Shown here one piece after another: positions 9,450 through 19,173 of a stretch of DNA of 64,000 nt (position 1 is the first letter of the stretch; the number at the start of each line of letters is the position of its first letter). The DNA comes from an uncultured Propionibacterium sp. (GTDB lineage Bacteria > Actinomycetota > Actinomycetes > Propionibacteriales > Propionibacteriaceae). The notes under the pieces were generated by a model. It did not search any database. It saw nothing but the letters and a program-made list of their open reading frames with translations, and had not been told where the DNA came from. A program made the translations under genes and the position numbers. Location: assembly GCA_938036835.1 (NCBI GenBank), contig CALHWB010000033.1:4815-68814 (forward strand), written 5' to 3'.

Positions 9450-11945
9450 TTAGAAATCGAAGTCCGATGTGAACGAGCGCCTGAGCTGGTATTGAGCCCG
9501 CTGGTAGACGCGCCACTGGGTGGTGTTAGGTATTTTCTCCTCGAGCCGGAACTCGACCGTATGGTTGTTGAACTCGCTTGAGTCCTGGCTCAGGAGCATT
9601 CGTACGTTCTGGTATCGGTCACGTGCGTCATCGGAGGGCTGGTCGAACAGCAGCTCGGGCTGGTTCGAGAGCAGAGCATCGCCCACGTAGATACCTGCCC
9701 GGAGTGTGCGCGGCTGAACCTTTTCACTGACCGGCTCGGATTGGAAGAGTTTCACGACAATTTGGCCGGTGGTGATCTTGTCCGTCTCGGGCAGCACTTC
9801 GACGTTGACGGGGCGGATGTCGCTCTTGCGTTTCTTGTTGACCTTGACGACCGGCACAACGACTTCTTGGAGCGAGGCGCCGCCGTGGACGAACCGTGAG
9901 CCCGCGCCGGGCAGCTTGAGTCGGTGGATCGACTTGGGAATCTGTACCTGAAGATCGCTGCCGAGCCCGAGCTGTTCGGGCTCGAAGGTTCGGAACGCGG
10001 GATCGTCCTTGAGCCCCCGGCCCAACACATATCGGCGGTTCGTCACCACGAGCTCGTCGCCCTGCGGTTTGGTCGACAGATAGAAGATGTCGGCGAGCGC
10101 GGTGTCTTGGTAGAGGAAGCCATGGTCGGCCGTCACCAGGATGTTCGTGGCGTTCGCGTTCGTCAGTCGCTTGATCAGGTCGACCAGTTCCCGCAACGTG
10201 TCATCGGCAGCCTCAAACACTTGACGTTCGGTGCAGGCCTTGTCGCCCGCGGCATCGATCCGGTCGTGGTACACATACAGCACTTGGTGCGCACCATAGA
10301 GTTCCCGCAATTCGGTGCGCGGCATCACGAAGACCTCTTCAGCCTGGATCGCGAACCCGTCCACCGGAGCCAGTACCTTGTTGCGGTTCGCTGTCCCGTC
10401 GCAACGCTGGCCATCGACGAGCACTGGGTCGCCATCGTGGGAATGGGCCAGCGTCGTGTGCGGCAGGAGGGCAGCCATGCCGAGTTGGGTGTAGCTCGGC
10501 AGCACACCCAGCACCGCGTCGAGGTCCGCATCGAAGCGGTCTTCCTGGCGGATACGTGAACCCAGTTCGTCGGCGACCTCGTATCGCAGCGCATCGGAGA
10601 TGATGACGACGACCTTCCGGTTACCCTTGCGGATGATGGGCTCGACGTGGTCGACGAAGAACCTTGTCTGCGAGGGCAGTGCGAGTGATCGCCAGTCACG
10701 CACCGCATCGACTTGTTGCTGCCAGGCGTTGCCGAGCTCATAGAGGTATCGGTTCGCGTAGTGCTTCTCCACCTTGGCCCGGAGCGCTTCAAGCGGGCCT
10801 GCGTACTCGGTTGTGCGAGCGGCGAAGTGGAACTGCCGGTAGAGCTGATCGATGCGGAACCAGTGCTTGCGGTATCGGTCGAGCCCGTCGTCGAACGAAG
10901 CGATCTCGAACCTCGTCGTAGCGAGCTCGCTCAGCAGGTCGGAGGCAGCACGGAGCGCCACATACAGTTCCCGGTATTCGTCGGCCCAGATGCTGCTCTG
11001 GCGGGCACGAATGGTCTCGGATACTTCACGTGCGCTCATTGTCCGCTCGACGATTGCATGCGCCAGCGTGCTGATGATTTTGCGCTCCACGTCCTCAAAG
11101 AGGTCGTTGCCCACAAGCTCGGGAAGCTCAGCGTCCTCGATGGTGCGGGCATAATCGAGGCTTTCGGCTGCCCGTCGCGCCAAGGTGGCGAAGGCGTCAG
11201 CACTGCGCCGGTCGTTCCGCAGACTCGCGAAGTCGAGTTGAATATTGCGCAAACCTCCGGGTGTATCTGACACGAACGCATCAATCGCCTGCCGGAACAT
11301 CCACAGCACAAAATCATCGACACTGGGCTCGCTCGCCTGGTAGCCATAGATCTTGGCCGCGCCAGCCCAGTGGAAGCTGTCGAGACCCAACTCAACCAGC
11401 GTCTCGTACTTGACCCTTTCAGCGCGTGAGTTCTCTATCAGCAGGGTGCGCGTGAGTTCCAGCATGCTGTGTTCCCGCTGGCCGAGCATGACGGCGCACA
11501 TCTTCGCCCGCAGCTTGTCGACGTCATCGTCGGCGGCCAGCAACGCCTTGAGGCGTTGAACCCGCTCGGTGTCGCGAAAGTAGCCTTCGTGCTTACGCAC
11601 TACTTCGTCGATCCCAGTGCCGATCAAGCCGAGCCCTTGGCATACCAGCGCGACCCAATCAGCGGTGAAGACCCCGTACGCCAGTTCAAGGTCAAGCAAC
11701 CAGTTCCCGGTGTCGGAAGGTACCGGGTCATCGCGGTAGATGAGGAACTTGCCGTGTGGTTCATCATGAAGCACACGGTTCTTTACCACATACTCATTGT
11801 TCTCGACCCGCAGAATGGTCACGCCGTCGAGAACAAGCGAGTCGATCTCGGCGGCGTACTCGCCGTCGGCGTCATGCCAGAAGACCAAGCGCTGAGACGC
11901 GAACTTCTGCTCCAGGTGAGGTAGGACGGCACTGAGCGAACTCAT
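9450..11945 (-). CDS. pglZ: BREX-1 PglZ (alkaline phosphatase fold)
   Basis: RLVFWHD, VVIISDALRYEVA, LPSYTQLGMAALLP, TADHGFLY, FVHGGASLQE. Confidence 0.95.
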   Translation of the reverse strand: MSSLSAVLPHLEQKFASQRLVFWHDADGEYAAEIDSLVLDGVTILRVENNEYVVKNRVLHDEPHGKFLIYRDDPVPSDTGNWLLDLELAYGVFTADWVALVCQGLGLIGTGIDEVVRKHEGYFRDTERVQRLKALLAADDDVDKLRAKMCAVMLGQREHSMLELTRTLLIENSRAERVKYETLVELGLDSFHWAGAAKIYGYQASEPSVDDFVLWMFRQAIDAFVSDTPGGLRNIQLDFASLRNDRRSADAFATLARRAAESLDYARTIEDAELPELVGNDLFEDVERKIISTLAHAIVERTMSAREVSETIRARQSSIWADEYRELYVALRAASDLLSELATTRFEIASFDDGLDRYRKHWFRIDQLYRQFHFAARTTEYAGPLEALRAKVEKHYANRYLYELGNAWQQQVDAVRDWRSLALPSQTRFFVDHVEPIIRKGNRKVVVIISDALRYEVADELGSRIRQEDRFDADLDAVLGVLPSYTQLGMAALLPHTTLAHSHDGDPVLVDGQRCDGTANRNKVLAPVDGFAIQAEEVFVMPRTELRELYGAHQVLYVYHDRIDAAGDKACTERQVFEAADDTLRELVDLIKRLTNANATNILVTADHGFLYQDTALADIFYLSTKPQGDELVVTNRRYVLGRGLKDDPAFRTFEPEQLGLGSDLQVQIPKSIHRLKLPGAGSRFVHGGASLQEVVVPVVKVNKKRKSDIRPVNVEVLPETDKITTGQIVVKLFQSEPVSEKVQPRTLRAGIYVGDALLSNQPELLFDQPSDDARDRYQNVRMLLSQDSSEFNNHTVEFRLEEKIPNTTQWRVYQRAQYQLRRSFTSDFDF

Positions 11946-12994
11946 TCAGCGTCCTCCTGCTGCTGGGAGGCTTCGAGTTCGCGCCGTGCGACCCGTTCCG
12001 CCGCTGCCTCATAAGCATGCTGGATGCGTGCCTGGAGTTCAGCCTTGGGAGGCAGCGCAGTCCAGTACTCCGCGACGACGATCCCGTCCTTGTGCATTTC
12101 CAGCAGTTCGATCTGCTCGCGGCTCGTCTCGGTGCAGAGAATCAGGCCGATAGGTGACTCTTCGCCTTCTCGACGTTCGTAGCGGTCGAGCCACTTGAGG
12201 TAGAGCTTCATCTGGCCTTCGTAGGCGGCCTTGAACTTGCCGATCTTCAGTTCCACGGCGACGAGGCGTCGCAGTGGTCGACTGAAGAAAAGCAGATCGA
12301 GGTGGTAGTCATCGTCGTCGATGATCATCCGCTTCTGCCGTTCGACGAAGGCGAAGCCGTTCCCCACCTCCAACAGAAAGGCCTCCATGTCACGGATGAT
12401 CGCGGCCTCAAGATCGCGTTCGAGGAAGGTGTCTTCCAGACCGAGGAAGTCCAGCAGGTATGGGTCTCGGAACACATCGCGCGGGGCTGCGGTCTCGCCG
12501 ACGATCTGAGCGTTGGCGATCTCTCGACGCTCGTAGCCCTTCCGCGCGATCAACTGGCGTAGGCCGCGGACGCTCAGCCCCTGGCTGACGGCCTCTTGCG
12601 CATAGAAGGCTCTGGCCTCGGGGCTCTTCAGAGGAAGCAGCGCCCTGAAGTGGGTCCAGCTCAATTGTCGTCCCAGCGAGACGACAATCTGCTCGTCAGG
12701 GAACTGCTGGGCGAACTGGATCATACGGCGGAGGTTCTTCTCTTCATACGAGCGCCCGTACCGCTCCACCAACTGTCGTCCCAGCGAGACGACAATCTTC
12801 TCCCCGTAGGCTGCACGCTCCGCGCCGAGCACCTCCTCGCCGACGAGGCGGCCGAGTCGCCAAAAGGTCAACGTGAGAGCCAGATTGGCCTGACGAGCGG
12901 CCGCAACCTGTCCCTCCTCAATCACCTCCGAGGCGCGAGTCAGCAGGATTTGTTCTGCCTCACCGCTTCCGCTGCTGCGAGCAATCTCAGTCAC
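11942..12994 (-). CDS. YhcG/DUF1016 PDDEXK nuclease
   Basis: LSWTHF, RDPYLLDFLGL, GFAFVERQKR, DLLFF, VAVELKIG, GQMKLYL, PIGLILC. Confidence 0.93.
   Translation of the reverse strand: MTEIARSSGSGEAEQILLTRASEVIEEGQVAAARQANLALTLTFWRLGRLVGEEVLGAERAAYGEKIVVSLGRQLVERYGRSYEEKNLRRMIQFAQQFPDEQIVVSLGRQLSWTHFRALLPLKSPEARAFYAQEAVSQGLSVRGLRQLIARKGYERREIANAQIVGETAAPRDVFRDPYLLDFLGLEDTFLERDLEAAIIRDMEAFLLEVGNGFAFVERQKRMIIDDDDYHLDLLFFSRPLRRLVAVELKIGKFKAAYEGQMKLYLKWLDRYERREGEESPIGLILCTETSREQIELLEMHKDGIVVAEYWTALPPKAELQARIQHAYEAAAERVARRELEASQQQEDAE
12666..12798. repeat. Two identical 25-bp direct repeats with an internal palindrome, inside yhcG
   Basis: TGTCGTCCCAGCGAGACGACAATCT at 12666-12690 and 12774-12798; encodes IVVSLGRQ twice. 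Confidence 0.9.
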
Positions 12995-13070
12995 CGGCCT
13001 CCTCCAACCCTGAGATCTTCTTGAGCGCCGGGTAGAACTTCGGGTAGTTGACCTTCACCCCATCATCAAG
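12987..13070 (-). pseudogene. Orphan 3' tail of pglX (27 codons plus stop)
   Basis: Reads LDDGVKVNYPKFYPALKKISGLEEAGD*, homologous to the current PglX end LDDGVLVNYLRFGKALAKIPEI; overlaps the yhcG GTG start. Confidence 0.85.
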
Positions 13071-15688
13071 GAGCTTTCCCCTCCGATCGGTGACACGCCC
13101 ATCCGCTCCTAGGGTTAGGTTGCCAGTCATGAGACAGGTCCTTCCTGCGACGCTGACACAGGTGCGCCCAGTAGTGCTTGTTCCTTAATGTCGAGGGCAG
13201 TGCACATAGCTGAGACGTGGTTGCTATCCACGTGATGCATGAACCGGAAAAGGGATCTGAGTACTGCCGTGGACTCACCCGGATCGAGCGTACGCGAGAT
13301 GTCAGCCTCCTCAAGGTGCGAGTACGCATGCAAGTAGCGCTCAACATGTGTCCGCACCGAATCGTCGAGACCTGGATGATCCTCCAGTACGGCGCGCATG
13401 GAATCGTGGAACGACCCCATTTTGTCTGGACGATGGAAACTTAGGAATGATTCCATCATTCTGCGTGCAGCATTAGGCATGAGAGCCATGATCTCCATCT
13501 GCTCCGCCAGCCCAAGCCCACTATCCGCAGTGAGGAGTCCGTCGGCAACCCTAGAGAACAGGAAGTGATACTGGGACCTCAGCTTCTTCGCCTTCTTATC
13601 GTTAAGCGGCCACGGGACGAGCCGTGGTCTCCGCTCTGCAACCCCACGGTTGCCAGCCTCGCACGTAACGCGCATCTCGTACGCACTGTAGCCACCCTTC
13701 TTCTCACGAACGCTCTTGGGTACTGACTCCATCTGAACGAGCCATTGGCGGAAGAGTTCGAAGTTGTGAGTCATGAGAAAGACTTGACTGACCTTGGTCT
13801 TGGCCACAAGCTCGGACCAGATATGAGCGGAAGCGCCGAACAGGATACTGTTGTCCAAGCTGGACACTGGGTCGTCGATGACAACGATCGGCGGATCCCC
13901 CTCGATCTTGTCCTCCCGGACGCTCACGAGGAAGTAGAGCAGAGCAATGGCTGTTTGTTCCCCTTCACTGAGGTTGGTGGCAGGGGCACCGTTGCGCTCG
14001 ATGACATAGTGCTTCCCATCAGGGGCGGTGCTGAACCTGAGTTCACCCCGACCGAGGAGCCTGGCGACACTGTCAGTCAACTCTTCTGCTCCGGGCACCG
14101 GATCGCCGCCAACGTTTTCCAGCGAGGCGATCTGGTCCCTGAGCTCGCCAGCCTTCTTTTCCAGCGCCTCAGCCGCCAACTCCTTGTCTTCTGCATCCTC
14201 CTTGAGTCGCTTGTACTCGTCGGCGAACTGCTTGACGTGGTACAACTCGACGCGCCGTGCGGCCGAGCGCGCCTCTTCATCGTGCTTGCTGATCTTCTCC
14301 GCATGCTCAGCAACGACCTTCTTGAGCCCCGCGGTATCCGGTACTTTCAGTGTGACGTCCAGCCCTAGGCTAGCGACATCGAATGGGTTGTTTCTCTTCT
14401 GCTTCAGTGCGGCCACGATACGCTCAACGGCTTGGGAGTAAGCCTCGTGCTCCTTTTGGTAGGTAGTACGCGCCCGCTGGAGATCAACCTTGAGATCCTC
14501 ATAGACCGACGTGTCAGCGGGGAGGGAGTCCAGATAAGTCTTCGATGCCGTCACGGACGCCTCGAGACGACCCACCAGGGCGTCAATATCGCCCTGGAGA
14601 CGCGTGAACGAGTCGTCAAAATGCGCGTTGAGCTTGGCGCACCTGTCCGCGGTCAGCGGTTGTCCGCAGAACAGACATTCATCGAGCCCCTTGTGGAGAT
14701 CGATACCGTCCTGCACCCACTCAGACCGATCGGGATGCCCTTGGAGAGCATCAATAGCTTCGTTGACCACGTCGGCATCGAGGAGCGCACGCGCATCAGC
14801 AACAGCGTCCCTCCCCAGGACCTCCTGCCTATCGGGCAGGTAAGCGCGGGCCATTGCTCCACTAGTTGCAGTCTTCCGATCAGCAGCCAAGTCGGTTGAC
14901 GCGTCATCGAAGAGGGTCTGATCGCTATCGAAAGCACTAAGCAGTTTCTCAACGCTAGTCTTATTGTAACTGCGTGGGTTGTATTTAGAAGCTTGCGTCC
15001 CAAGCAAAGCGTCTGTCACGGCTCTTGCAACCTGGGTCAAGCGTTTCCCTGCTGCGGAATCGGCTGACTTGGCAGCCTCCTCGGCTGAGCCAATTTTGGA
15101 CTGTATCTCATCTAGCTTCGGGCGCAATTCTGCCAGTTGAGTTTCTGCATCAACGCTGGTCTTACCGATGGTCAGTAGCGCCTGTGGATGCGGACCTTTC
15201 TCGTCTCCAAAGGAAAGGTTCTGACGGACGAATTCTTTGTTGAAGACCCTGACTCTCCCCCAGAACCCGACGTCATTCAGATCCACATCCCGCTCAGTCC
15301 CGTCGGTCTCAATTGTGAGCCGCACACCTGAACGCACAACTTCCGTGTGCCGAGTGTCGCGCTGGCCGGGCTGGTCGGCAGTATAGACGGCACACCCCAA
15401 CATGAGGTCCGCCAGCGTGCTCTTGCCGCTGCCATTCTGGCCGTAGATTAGGTTAACGCGAGCGAACTGGACGTTAGAACTCTGCTTCCATTGCTGGAAA
15501 ATGCGATAGTCATCGATCTTCTTGATCCGCCGGATCATGGCTTTGGCCATCAGATATCCTCTTGGGGAGTAAGTGGTTGGGTTGGCCAAGTCCAAGTCTC
15601 AACTTCAGCACGCTTCTTTTTGATCTCGGGGATCTTGGCCAGTGCTTTACCAAAGCGTAGGTAATTAACGAGAACGCCGTCATCAAGG
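13060..15688 (-). mobile_element. Gene cassette inserted in the pglX 3' end, flanked by a 12-bp direct repeat
   Basis: Minus-strand CCTTGATGACGG (15677-15688) and CCTTGATGATGG (13060-13071), 11/12 identical. Confidence 0.7.
13127..15550 (-). CDS. RloC-like AAA_13 ABC-ATPase with zinc hook and C-terminal HEPN domain (putative anticodon nuclease)
   Basis: Walker A GQNGSGKS, CLFC hook within a coiled coil, LSEGE signature, IDDPVSSLD, MTHN, RRMMESF...RYLHAYSH; ATG overlaps the pglX stop (TGATG). Confidence 0.85.
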   Translation of the reverse strand: MAKAMIRRIKKIDDYRIFQQWKQSSNVQFARVNLIYGQNGSGKSTLADLMLGCAVYTADQPGQRDTRHTEVVRSGVRLTIETDGTERDVDLNDVGFWGRVRVFNKEFVRQNLSFGDEKGPHPQALLTIGKTSVDAETQLAELRPKLDEIQSKIGSAEEAAKSADSAAGKRLTQVARAVTDALLGTQASKYNPRSYNKTSVEKLLSAFDSDQTLFDDASTDLAADRKTATSGAMARAYLPDRQEVLGRDAVADARALLDADVVNEAIDALQGHPDRSEWVQDGIDLHKGLDECLFCGQPLTADRCAKLNAHFDDSFTRLQGDIDALVGRLEASVTASKTYLDSLPADTSVYEDLKVDLQRARTTYQKEHEAYSQAVERIVAALKQKRNNPFDVASLGLDVTLKVPDTAGLKKVVAEHAEKISKHDEEARSAARRVELYHVKQFADEYKRLKEDAEDKELAAEALEKKAGELRDQIASLENVGGDPVPGAEELTDSVARLLGRGELRFSTAPDGKHYVIERNGAPATNLSEGEQTAIALLYFLVSVREDKIEGDPPIVVIDDPVSSLDNSILFGASAHIWSELVAKTKVSQVFLMTHNFELFRQWLVQMESVPKSVREKKGGYSAYEMRVTCEAGNRGVAERRPRLVPWPLNDKKAKKLRSQYHFLFSRVADGLLTADSGLGLAEQMEIMALMPNAARRMMESFLSFHRPDKMGSFHDSMRAVLEDHPGLDDSVRTHVERYLHAYSHLEEADISRTLDPGESTAVLRSLFRFMHHVDSNHVSAMCTALDIKEQALLGAPVSASQEGPVS

Positions 15689-18600
15689 TCGATCGTGATC
15701 TGCTGAGACGCAAGCGGGTAGAGAACATCGTGCTCGTACTCGCTGAGTTCCAGCAGGATCTTGCGAAGCCTCTCGGCCTCCTTCAGCGCGGCTGCCTTTA
15801 CGCGAGGCGTATTGTCCCCGGCAGCGACACGTTCCTGGTGTTGCAGGTTCGCCTCCAGCTTCGACTCGAACTCGCGGAGATACTCGTTCAGCACCGTCGA
15901 GACCGTGGACGACGTGTAGCGGTGCATGTAGATCAGTGCGTTGAACGATCCCTTCGGGCTGGAGAACAACCAGTAGATCGGACGCTTCTTATATCGCTTC
16001 ACATGATCGTCATAGAACCTCGAACCGCCCGCGCGGGTGATGAAGTACTCCCGCAGCGATTTCACCCCAAGGGACTCCTCGACGAACCGGAGGTTCTCCT
16101 CGAAGTACTCGTCGCCGAAGGTGGTCCGTAGGAACTGGCGGAACCGTGCCACGATGTCGCCCTCGAACCAATCGCCATACACAATCGGGAGAACGTTGTC
16201 TGCATCAGGTACGAACGTCGGACTCGGCACTCTCGCGAGGTAGTCCTGAATCGTTGTCCCCTGATCCGCGAGGATCAAGCCCGGCTTGTCGAGGCTGTAA
16301 CGGCCGAATAGGCAGCCGACGCAGTAGGAGATGAGATCGCGGATAGCATCTGCGGTGAAGAGATGGCGGTACTCCTCGTCCGTACGCGTCGCCCCCTTGT
16401 TAGGTGCATAGCTGAAGTAGGGGTTGGAGGTCAGCGAGACCCGACTCAGTGGAACCTCGACGGGAACCTCATCCTGAAGACCGTAGACCTCGGCCCAGTA
16501 ACGGTTGTTCTCCGTCTCAAGCTGCTGAACCTCGCGAGTTGCGGTGAGTGAGTCCTGCCACCAGTGCTCCAGAGCGTTTGCTAACGAACCTCCCGAACGA
16601 GCATGCTTGACGAGCGGGTTGAACTTGAAGTCCCATGAGGTTTCGTAAGCGTTCCAGTCGTTGCGGAACAAGCGGACTAGCTTATCTGCCAAAGTAGGCG
16701 CCTCGCCGCTAAGATCGTCGGCCACCGGAAGGCCAGCGATTTGTCCCACTTCGAAATTCAAGGTTGGGGCGACTGCTTTCAGCATTAGTTCGGAAACCTG
16801 CGAGTTCGCGAACCCCAGAAGCTCTAGGGTATGCGATCGGCTATTAGTGAATATTGAGGTGCCGGCTACGTCATATATGAATCCGCATGGATAGTATCTG
16901 AAAGCCGGAGATCCGCTGCTTATTTTCGACCATGAGGTGGATTGTGAGAAATATGTGTTGGTGTTTTGAGCTCTAGAGCGTGGTTTGCTGCCATCTTCGG
17001 TGCCGAAGTTACGTATTTCGGTCCCGTCGGACTCCCAGTTAACAACGTGCTCCTGGTTTCCCCACCACTTTCGGAACTCTCCCCCTTTGTTGTAGGGGAA
17101 CCACTTGGCGCCGCTGGTGGCCGCGGCCTCGCGGGAGTCGGCGTCGAAGCAGGTGCGGCTGCGGGAGACCTCGAACCACTGGCGCAGGAAGCGGGCATTG
17201 TCACCGGTCTGCAGGCCGACTTTAGGTGCGGCGACCTCTCTAAGAGGTTTACCCACGGCGAAGGCACGGGTCATGGCGGGCGACAGCCAGTAGGCGAACC
17301 GCCCCCCTGGGAGGGCAAGCATCGCTTGGGGGCGGGCGGAGAAACGCAGATCGGAAGAACCGGTGAGTGCGTCTTTGAATAAGCGTTCCTTCTCGGCCTC
17401 GGACTTGCCGGACACCACACGGAAGTACTGGCAAGGCTCATCCGCGTTGCGCCCAGGTTCCAGAACGAAGGCCGTGGTGGAGACGACCTCGCCGCCGATC
17501 AAGTCGAAGGCCCGCTCGCCCATATGCAGCATGGTTATCGGTGGGGCGTCACGCAGGATGCGGCGGCGCAGTTTCTCGTATGAGCCGAGGAACATCCAGG
17601 CTTGCATGGTGATCATGGCAACCAGGCCGTGGTCGGCGTCGGCAAGCTCCAGGCACCGCTCTATGAAGGCGGCAAACAGGTCGGACTTCGCCTGCGGGTG
17701 ATGTTTCTTCACCCAGGTAGACAACACAGCCCCCATGTTGCTGCTGCCCATGTACGGCGGATTCGTCACTACTACTGCATGGGAGCGAGTCAGATACTCT
17801 GCCTGGGTTACCACCTGCTCGGCGCGAGCGTGTAGGTCCGTAGCGTCCAGGGTGTCGGTGTCGAGGGCGTCCAGGCGCCGCTTCGCCTCCGGCAGCACCG
17901 TGGCGTCGGGGGTGAGGAGGGAGCCCAGCACGTCAGCGTGGTGGAAACTCTGCCAGAAGTCCCGGGCCTCCTGACCGTCACTTTCCGTTCCGGCGAGTTG
18001 GTCGAGCTCGGTCGCACTGAACTTGACCGGTTCAATGACGCGGATGTGCGGCTGCAAGCGGCTCGGGAAGCGACGCAGACGCTCCCGAGCTTTCATCATC
18101 AGGGCGAAGGGGGCCAACGTCGCGGCGCGCGGGTCGATCTCCGTGCCGTAAAGGTTGTGGGTGAGGATCAGCCCGGGAATCTCGCAGGGCGCGTAACCTT
18201 CTTCTTCGTAGATCGCGTAGAGCAGGTCGAAAGCGTAGGTGAGCATGTGGCCAGAGCCGCAAGCGGGGTCAATGACGGTGAGGTCCTCGGGGCTGCTGAT
18301 CTTGAGGAAGTCGGTCTGTTCGTCGACCGGTTCGATGTAGTAGTCCATCTGATCGATGAGGTGGGACTCGGGATGGTTGAGCATCCATAGACGACCCACC
18401 GAATTCTCGACGAGGTAGCGGACAATCCAGTGCGGGGTGAAGAACTGCGTGGCTGCCGGAATCTCCGCCGCACCCGCCTTCTTGCCCTCCTTGAACCCGG
18501 CGGAGACTTCGTCCTTCCGCTCGGAGATGTAGAACTGGTAGAGCCAGCCGATCACCTCGACATCGCGGCAAACCTCAGTGGTGAGCGCCGCAACAGCCTT

Positions 18601-19161
18601 GGTGAGGATGGAATCCGCGGCCAGAAGGTTCGCGGGGATGAGAAGTTTGGTGTAGTCGCCCTCGCGCTCAAACATGAACGGCATCGACCGGTTCCAGTAG
18701 CAGTACTCAGCGAGCAACAATGTGTAGGCCTCACCCTGGGCATCCGTGCTGGGGCGGGTCCCGTCCAGCAGCCCGGTGATCGTGTCGAGGGTGCGCTTGT
18801 TGCTGACGACGGCAGGGTCGATGATGCCGCGTTTGGCGTCGGCGAGGATCTCTGGTTGCCCTGGGTGCTGGCCATCTACGGGTGAGACGACCCCGACTCC
18901 GGTGTAGCCGTTGGCGTCCATGAAGCGCAGGGCGATGATGCGGTTGAACCAGGTGTAGGCGACCTTGTCGACAACGGCTTCCTTGCCCTTGGCTCCGCCG
19001 CCCGCGGCTGTGATGTCGCGTTCGAGCATGGAAACGATGCGTGGGTTCTCGATCCGTTCCGGTGACGCGGGCGCGAGCACGGCGGTGAGCCGCGCATTGA
19101 CCTGGGTGATGAGTTCGCGCCTGGCCCAAGTGGCGAAGCTCTTCAGCGGTGCGGTCTCCAT
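15550..19161 (-). CDS. pglX: BREX-1 adenine methyltransferase PglX (BrxX)
   Basis: AYTWFNRIIALRFMD, GWLYQFY, IPAATQFFTP, DPACGSGH, NPPY, YKKRPIYW, IDLDDGV. Confidence 0.95.
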   Translation of the reverse strand: METAPLKSFATWARRELITQVNARLTAVLAPASPERIENPRIVSMLERDITAAGGGAKGKEAVVDKVAYTWFNRIIALRFMDANGYTGVGVVSPVDGQHPGQPEILADAKRGIIDPAVVSNKRTLDTITGLLDGTRPSTDAQGEAYTLLLAEYCYWNRSMPFMFEREGDYTKLLIPANLLAADSILTKAVAALTTEVCRDVEVIGWLYQFYISERKDEVSAGFKEGKKAGAAEIPAATQFFTPHWIVRYLVENSVGRLWMLNHPESHLIDQMDYYIEPVDEQTDFLKISSPEDLTVIDPACGSGHMLTYAFDLLYAIYEEEGYAPCEIPGLILTHNLYGTEIDPRAATLAPFALMMKARERLRRFPSRLQPHIRVIEPVKFSATELDQLAGTESDGQEARDFWQSFHHADVLGSLLTPDATVLPEAKRRLDALDTDTLDATDLHARAEQVVTQAEYLTRSHAVVVTNPPYMGSSNMGAVLSTWVKKHHPQAKSDLFAAFIERCLELADADHGLVAMITMQAWMFLGSYEKLRRRILRDAPPITMLHMGERAFDLIGGEVVSTTAFVLEPGRNADEPCQYFRVVSGKSEAEKERLFKDALTGSSDLRFSARPQAMLALPGGRFAYWLSPAMTRAFAVGKPLREVAAPKVGLQTGDNARFLRQWFEVSRSRTCFDADSREAAATSGAKWFPYNKGGEFRKWWGNQEHVVNWESDGTEIRNFGTEDGSKPRSRAQNTNTYFSQSTSWSKISSGSPAFRYYPCGFIYDVAGTSIFTNSRSHTLELLGFANSQVSELMLKAVAPTLNFEVGQIAGLPVADDLSGEAPTLADKLVRLFRNDWNAYETSWDFKFNPLVKHARSGGSLANALEHWWQDSLTATREVQQLETENNRYWAEVYGLQDEVPVEVPLSRVSLTSNPYFSYAPNKGATRTDEEYRHLFTADAIRDLISYCVGCLFGRYSLDKPGLILADQGTTIQDYLARVPSPTFVPDADNVLPIVYGDWFEGDIVARFRQFLRTTFGDEYFEENLRFVEESLGVKSLREYFITRAGGSRFYDDHVKRYKKRPIYWLFSSPKGSFNALIYMHRYTSSTVSTVLNEYLREFESKLEANLQHQERVAAGDNTPRVKAAALKEAERLRKILLELSEYEHDVLYPLASQQITIDLDDGVLVNYLRFGKALAKIPEIKKKRAEVETWTWPTQPLTPQEDI

Positions 19162-19173
19162 GCGTGTTGTCTC

